A DNA stretch of 64,000 nucleotides from Candidatus Bilamarchaeum sp. (GTDB lineage Archaea; Micrarchaeota; Micrarchaeia; Anstonellales; Bilamarchaeaceae), in assembly GCA_035455205.1 (NCBI GenBank), contig DATIFM010000008.1, positions 110,545 through 174,544 of the forward strand. Reading direction: 5' to 3'. Every line of letters begins with the position of its first letter. Position 1 is the first letter of the stretch. This document shows positions 60,438-64,000 of this stretch, one piece after another. Made by a program: the position numbers and the translations under genes. Below the pieces are notes generated by a model. It saw nothing but the letters and a program-made list of their open reading frames with translations. It had not been told where the DNA came from and did not search any database.

Positions 60438-62348
60438 GTGGTATGTGTGGGAAAGATAATTGGCATTGATCTGGGAACGAGCAACTCGGCGGCGGCATTC
60501 CTCGAAGGGGGCAGGCCCAAGATTATACCGAGCGCGGAGGGCATCACGCAGTACGGGAAGGCATTCCCCAGCTACGTGGCCCTCACGCGGGACGGGCAGA
60601 GGATAATAGGCGAGCCGGCGAGGAGGCAGGCGGTCACGAACCCCGAAGGCACGGTGACTGCGTTCAAGAGGAAGATGGGCACGGACCACAAGTTCAGCAT
60701 CTTCGGCAAGGACTACCGCCCGCAGGAGCTTTCGGCGTTCATACTCCAGAAGATAAAGAAGGACGCGGAGGAGTTCCTCGGCGAGAAGGTCGACAAGGCG
60801 GTCATAACGGTCCCGGCCTACTTCAACGACAACCAGAGACAGGCCACGAAGGACGCGGGCGAGATTGCCGGCCTCGAAGTAGTGAGGCTCGTCAACGAGC
60901 CCACCGCGGCGTGCCTCGCCTACGGCCTCGACAAGGCCGGGAAGGACATGAAGATTATGGTCTTCGACCTGGGCGGCGGGACGCTGGACGTCACGGTCAT
61001 GGATTTCGGGGGCGGCGTGTTCGAGGTGAAGTCCACGAACGGGGACACCCAGCTCGGCGGCACCGACATGGACCGGATACTGTCCGAATACCTGACGGAC
61101 CAGTTCAGGAAGGAGAGCGGAGAGGACATATCCAAGGACAGGCAGGCCCAGCAGAGGATTCTCGAGGCGGCGGAGAAGGCCAAAATCGAGCTTTCGACGG
61201 CCCTCGAATCCGAAGTGAACCTACCGTTCCTCGCCTCGGCAGGCAACCAGCCCAAGCACTTCGTGCACAGGCTCACGAGGGCCAAGCTAGAGGACCTCGT
61301 CCGGCCGGTGATAGAGCGCTGCAGGGGCCCGCTCGAGCAGGCGCTCAAGGACGCCAAGCTTACGCCAGCGGACATCGACAAAATCATACTCGTCGGCGGA
61401 CCGACGAGGATGCCGATTGTGCAGAAGTTCGTCGAGGACACTGCCGGCAAGAAGGTCGAGAGGGGAATCGACCCCATGGAATGCGTGGCGATGGGCGCGG
61501 CGGTGCAGGGCGGCGTGCTTTCAGGGGAAGTGAAGGACATACTGCTCCTCGACGTCACCCCCCTCTCGCTGGGCCTCGAAACGATGGGGGGAGTGATGAC
61601 GAAGCTCATCGAGAGGAACACCACGATTCCCACGAAGAAGACGCAGGTCTTCTCCACGGCGAGCGACATGCAGACCGCGGTGGACATACACATCCTGCAG
61701 GGCGAGAGGCCGATGGCGAAGGACAACGTGGAGCTCGGGAAATTCACCCTGATGGGAATTCCGCCCGCGCCGAGGGGCGTGCCTCAGGTGGAGGTCACTT
61801 TCGACATAGACGCGAACGGCATCCTTCACGTCGGGGCCAAGGACCTCGCGACGTCCAAGGAGCAGAAGATGCGCGTCACGGCGCCATTGAAGATGCCCGA
61901 GGCCGAGATAAAGGAGAAGATGGCCGACGCCGAGAAATTCGCGGAGGATGACAAGAAGGCCTTCGAGCTCGCGACAGCTAAGAACGAGGCCGAGAGCATG
62001 GTCTACGTGGCCAAGAAGACCGTCGAGGACCTCAAGGACAAGCTGACCAAGGAGCAGTTCGACAGGATATCCGAGGCGCAGAAAAAGCTCGAGGAGGCCA
62101 TGGGCTCCGAGGACGTGGGTCGCATAAGGAGCCTCACCGAGGCGCTCAAGAAGACCCTGCAGGACGTCGGCGGCTCGCTTTACCAGCACCAGGGCGGAGG
62201 CCCGGGAGCGGGGGGAGATGACACGCGGGCGGGGGGCGGCCAAACCGACGAAAAGGGGTATGAGCGCGTCAAGAAAGGAAAGAAGAAGGGCGGCTCGGGC
62301 GAGGACGTCGTAGAGGGAGAATACGAGAAAGTGGATGACGACAAATAA
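60438..62348 (+). CDS. dnaK: Chaperone DnaK (Hsp70)
   Basis: [76 protein letters not shown]. Confidence 0.97.
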   Translation: MVCVGKIIGIDLGTSNSAAAFLEGGRPKIIPSAEGITQYGKAFPSYVALTRDGQRIIGEPARRQAVTNPEGTVTAFKRKMGTDHKFSIFGKDYRPQELSAFILQKIKKDAEEFLGEKVDKAVITVPAYFNDNQRQATKDAGEIAGLEVVRLVNEPTAACLAYGLDKAGKDMKIMVFDLGGGTLDVTVMDFGGGVFEVKSTNGDTQLGGTDMDRILSEYLTDQFRKESGEDISKDRQAQQRILEAAEKAKIELSTALESEVNLPFLASAGNQPKHFVHRLTRAKLEDLVRPVIERCRGPLEQALKDAKLTPADIDKIILVGGPTRMPIVQKFVEDTAGKKVERGIDPMECVAMGAAVQGGVLSGEVKDILLLDVTPLSLGLETMGGVMTKLIERNTTIPTKKTQVFSTASDMQTAVDIHILQGERPMAKDNVELGKFTLMGIPPAPRGVPQVEVTFDIDANGILHVGAKDLATSKEQKMRVTAPLKMPEAEIKEKMADAEKFAEDDKKAFELATAKNEAESMVYVAKKTVEDLKDKLTKEQFDRISEAQKKLEEAMGSEDVGRIRSLTEALKKTLQDVGGSLYQHQGGGPGAGGDDTRAGGGQTDEKGYERVKKGKKKGGSGEDVVEGEYEKVDDDK

Positions 62349-62369
62349 GGGAGACTAGGTTCTTTTAGG

Positions 62370-62651
62370 GTGATTTGCGCGAAAAACTACCATAAGGTCC
62401 TCGGAGTGGAAAAGGGCGCGAGCAAGGACGAGATAAAGAAAGCGTACCGGAAACTCGCCCTCATCTACCACCCCGACCGCAACGGCTCCCCGAAGGCGGA
62501 GGAGATGTTCAAGGAGATAAACGAGGCCTACCGGGTCCTTATGGGCATGGAGAGGCCGCGCGAGGAGCACGTCCCCCATGACTGGTCGCAGGAAGTCGCG
62601 GGAATATGGGAAAGCATTTTCAAGGACAAGAACAACAACATGTACCGGTAA
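62370..62651 (+). CDS. Stand-alone J-domain protein
   Basis: GTG start; [33 protein letters not shown] (HPD motif); short unique C-terminus. Confidence 0.8.
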   Translation: MICAKNYHKVLGVEKGASKDEIKKAYRKLALIYHPDRNGSPKAEEMFKEINEAYRVLMGMERPREEHVPHDWSQEVAGIWESIFKDKNNNMYR

Positions 62652-62655
62652 GCCC

Positions 62656-63765
62656 ATGGCGAAAAGAGACTATTATGAAGTCCTCGGAGTGGCGAGGGGT
62701 GCTGGAGCGGACGAGATAAAAAGCGCGTACCGGAAGCTGGCCATGAAGTTCCATCCCGACCGCAACAAGGAGCCAGCGGCGGCCGAAAGGTTCAAGGAGA
62801 TAAGCGAGGCCTACGCAGTCCTGAGCGATGAGAAGAAGAGGGCTCAGTACGACCAGTACGGCCATGCCGGCTTCGACCGGATGTATTCAGAGGAGGACAT
62901 CTTCAGGAGCGCGGATTTCCGGGGCTTCGAGGACATCTTCGGCGACATGGAAGGCTTCGGCCCCTTCGGGAGCATGTTCAGCTCCATGTTCGGGGGCTTC
63001 GGGCGGGAAAGGGCGGATTACGGGGCCAACCTCGAGACGGAAGTCGAGATAACGCTCGAGGAAGCCGCAAAGGGAGTGAAGAAGGACATAAGCTATCACA
63101 GGAGCAAGGCATGCCCGCGGTGCAGGGGCGAGGGGAGCGAGCCCGGAAGCGCGAGGAAGACCTGCACTGGATGCAACGGCCGGGGGCAGGTAAGGCAGAC
63201 GAGGCGTGCCGGCCCCATGGCGTTCTACACGGTAACCACGTGCGGAAAGTGCAGGGGCGAGGGGAGCATCGTGGAAAACCCGTGCACAGGGTGCGGCGGC
63301 TCGGGAAAGACGAGCGAGAACGAGCACATCAAGGTGAGCATTCCGCCCGGCGTGCAGAGCGGGATGCGCCTGCGCCTCGGGGACATGGGGGAATACGGCA
63401 CGGACGGCCCGGGGGACCTTTTCGTGAGGATTTTCATAAGGCAGCACCAGAAGTTCGGCCGTGACGGCGATGACCTGAAAATAGACATGCCGATAAGCTT
63501 CGCGAGGGCGGCGATGGGGGGCGACCTCGAGGTGCCGACCCTTTTCGGAAAGGACAGGCTCCACATCCCGGCCGGCACCGAATCCCACACGATATTCAGG
63601 CTCAAGGGCGAGGGGATGCCGAGGCTCGGGAGGGGCGGCAAGGGCGACCTCCTCGTCCGCGCGATAATAGAGGTGCCAAAGAGGCTCACGAAAAAGCAGA
63701 GGGAAGCGCTCGAAGAGTTCGAGAAAGAAACGAAAGAAAAGAAAAAAGGGTTTTTCGACTTCTAG
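62656..63765 (+). CDS. dnaJ: Chaperone DnaJ (class A)
   Basis: [18 protein letters not shown] region, four CxxCxGxG repeats, C-terminal beta domains. Confidence 0.96.
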   Translation: MAKRDYYEVLGVARGAGADEIKSAYRKLAMKFHPDRNKEPAAAERFKEISEAYAVLSDEKKRAQYDQYGHAGFDRMYSEEDIFRSADFRGFEDIFGDMEGFGPFGSMFSSMFGGFGRERADYGANLETEVEITLEEAAKGVKKDISYHRSKACPRCRGEGSEPGSARKTCTGCNGRGQVRQTRRAGPMAFYTVTTCGKCRGEGSIVENPCTGCGGSGKTSENEHIKVSIPPGVQSGMRLRLGDMGEYGTDGPGDLFVRIFIRQHQKFGRDGDDLKIDMPISFARAAMGGDLEVPTLFGKDRLHIPAGTESHTIFRLKGEGMPRLGRGGKGDLLVRAIIEVPKRLTKKQREALEEFEKETKEKKKGFFDF

Positions 63766-64000
63766 TCACTTCAGGAAATTCACGATGTCGTCCTCGAGCG
63801 TCTGGCTGAAAATCTCGGTGGCCTTGAAAAGCTCGGTGCCGTGGGCGGAGGTTCCCTGGTATATCTTGACGTCCGACTGGGATTCGCCGGCCATGCCCTG
63901 TATCGTCTGGGCGGCTGAAGCCGAAGCGGTGTCGCCGCTCCCTGCGCACACGAACAGCGAATGGGCGTAGTCGTCCACGGCGGGGGCTATGTCCACGCCG
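63766..64000 (-). CDS. C-terminal end of a hypothetical protein (starts beyond the window)
   Basis: Open frame from the right edge to the stop at 63766, convergent with dnaJ. Confidence 0.45.
   Translation of the reverse strand, partial: GVDIAPAVDDYAHSLFVCAGSGDTASASAAQTIQGMAGESQSDVKIYQGTSAHGTELFKATEIFSQTLEDDIVNFLK

Overview
GC-rich, gene-dense archaeal chromosomal segment. It carries archaeal marker genes (aIF-2beta, aIF-1A, Rio1, uS10, eL41, uL1, uL10, P1/L12, AMP phosphorylase, ribose-1,5-bisphosphate isomerase) and two intron-containing tRNAs. The gene complement suggests a DPANN archaeon, possibly Micrarchaeota-like, but this is inference, not phylogeny. Housekeeping and biosynthetic genes include ahcY, argS, purL, purH, carA/carB, an argF-like transcarbamylase, aspartate kinase, a Mg-type P-ATPase and grpE-dnaK-dnaJ. 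Accessory blocks are: (i) a surface-glycosylation cluster (three GT-C-type membrane glycosyltransferases, a polyprenol-phosphate sugar synthase, a radical SAM/SPASM enzyme, an HGSNAT-like acyltransferase) next to a VirB2/TrbC-like pilin, a KaiC/RAD55-like ATPase with a degenerate P-loop and a roadblock-like protein; (ii) the best candidate for an undescribed system, at about 35.9-42.2 kb: aspartate kinase, two Lrp/AsnC regulators, a YbaK/ProX-like protein, a truncated class I LysRS-like paralog and an M20 amidohydrolase, with a shared 15-bp palindrome (CGTA-N7-TACG) in two promoters; (iii) a family of short REP-like hairpin repeats, one related sequence of which lies inside the tRNA-Tyr intron. 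tRNA-Asp carries a non-canonical D-loop intron. No CRISPR array, rRNA or transposase was seen. All protein calls rest on motif recognition by eye; no database searches were run.
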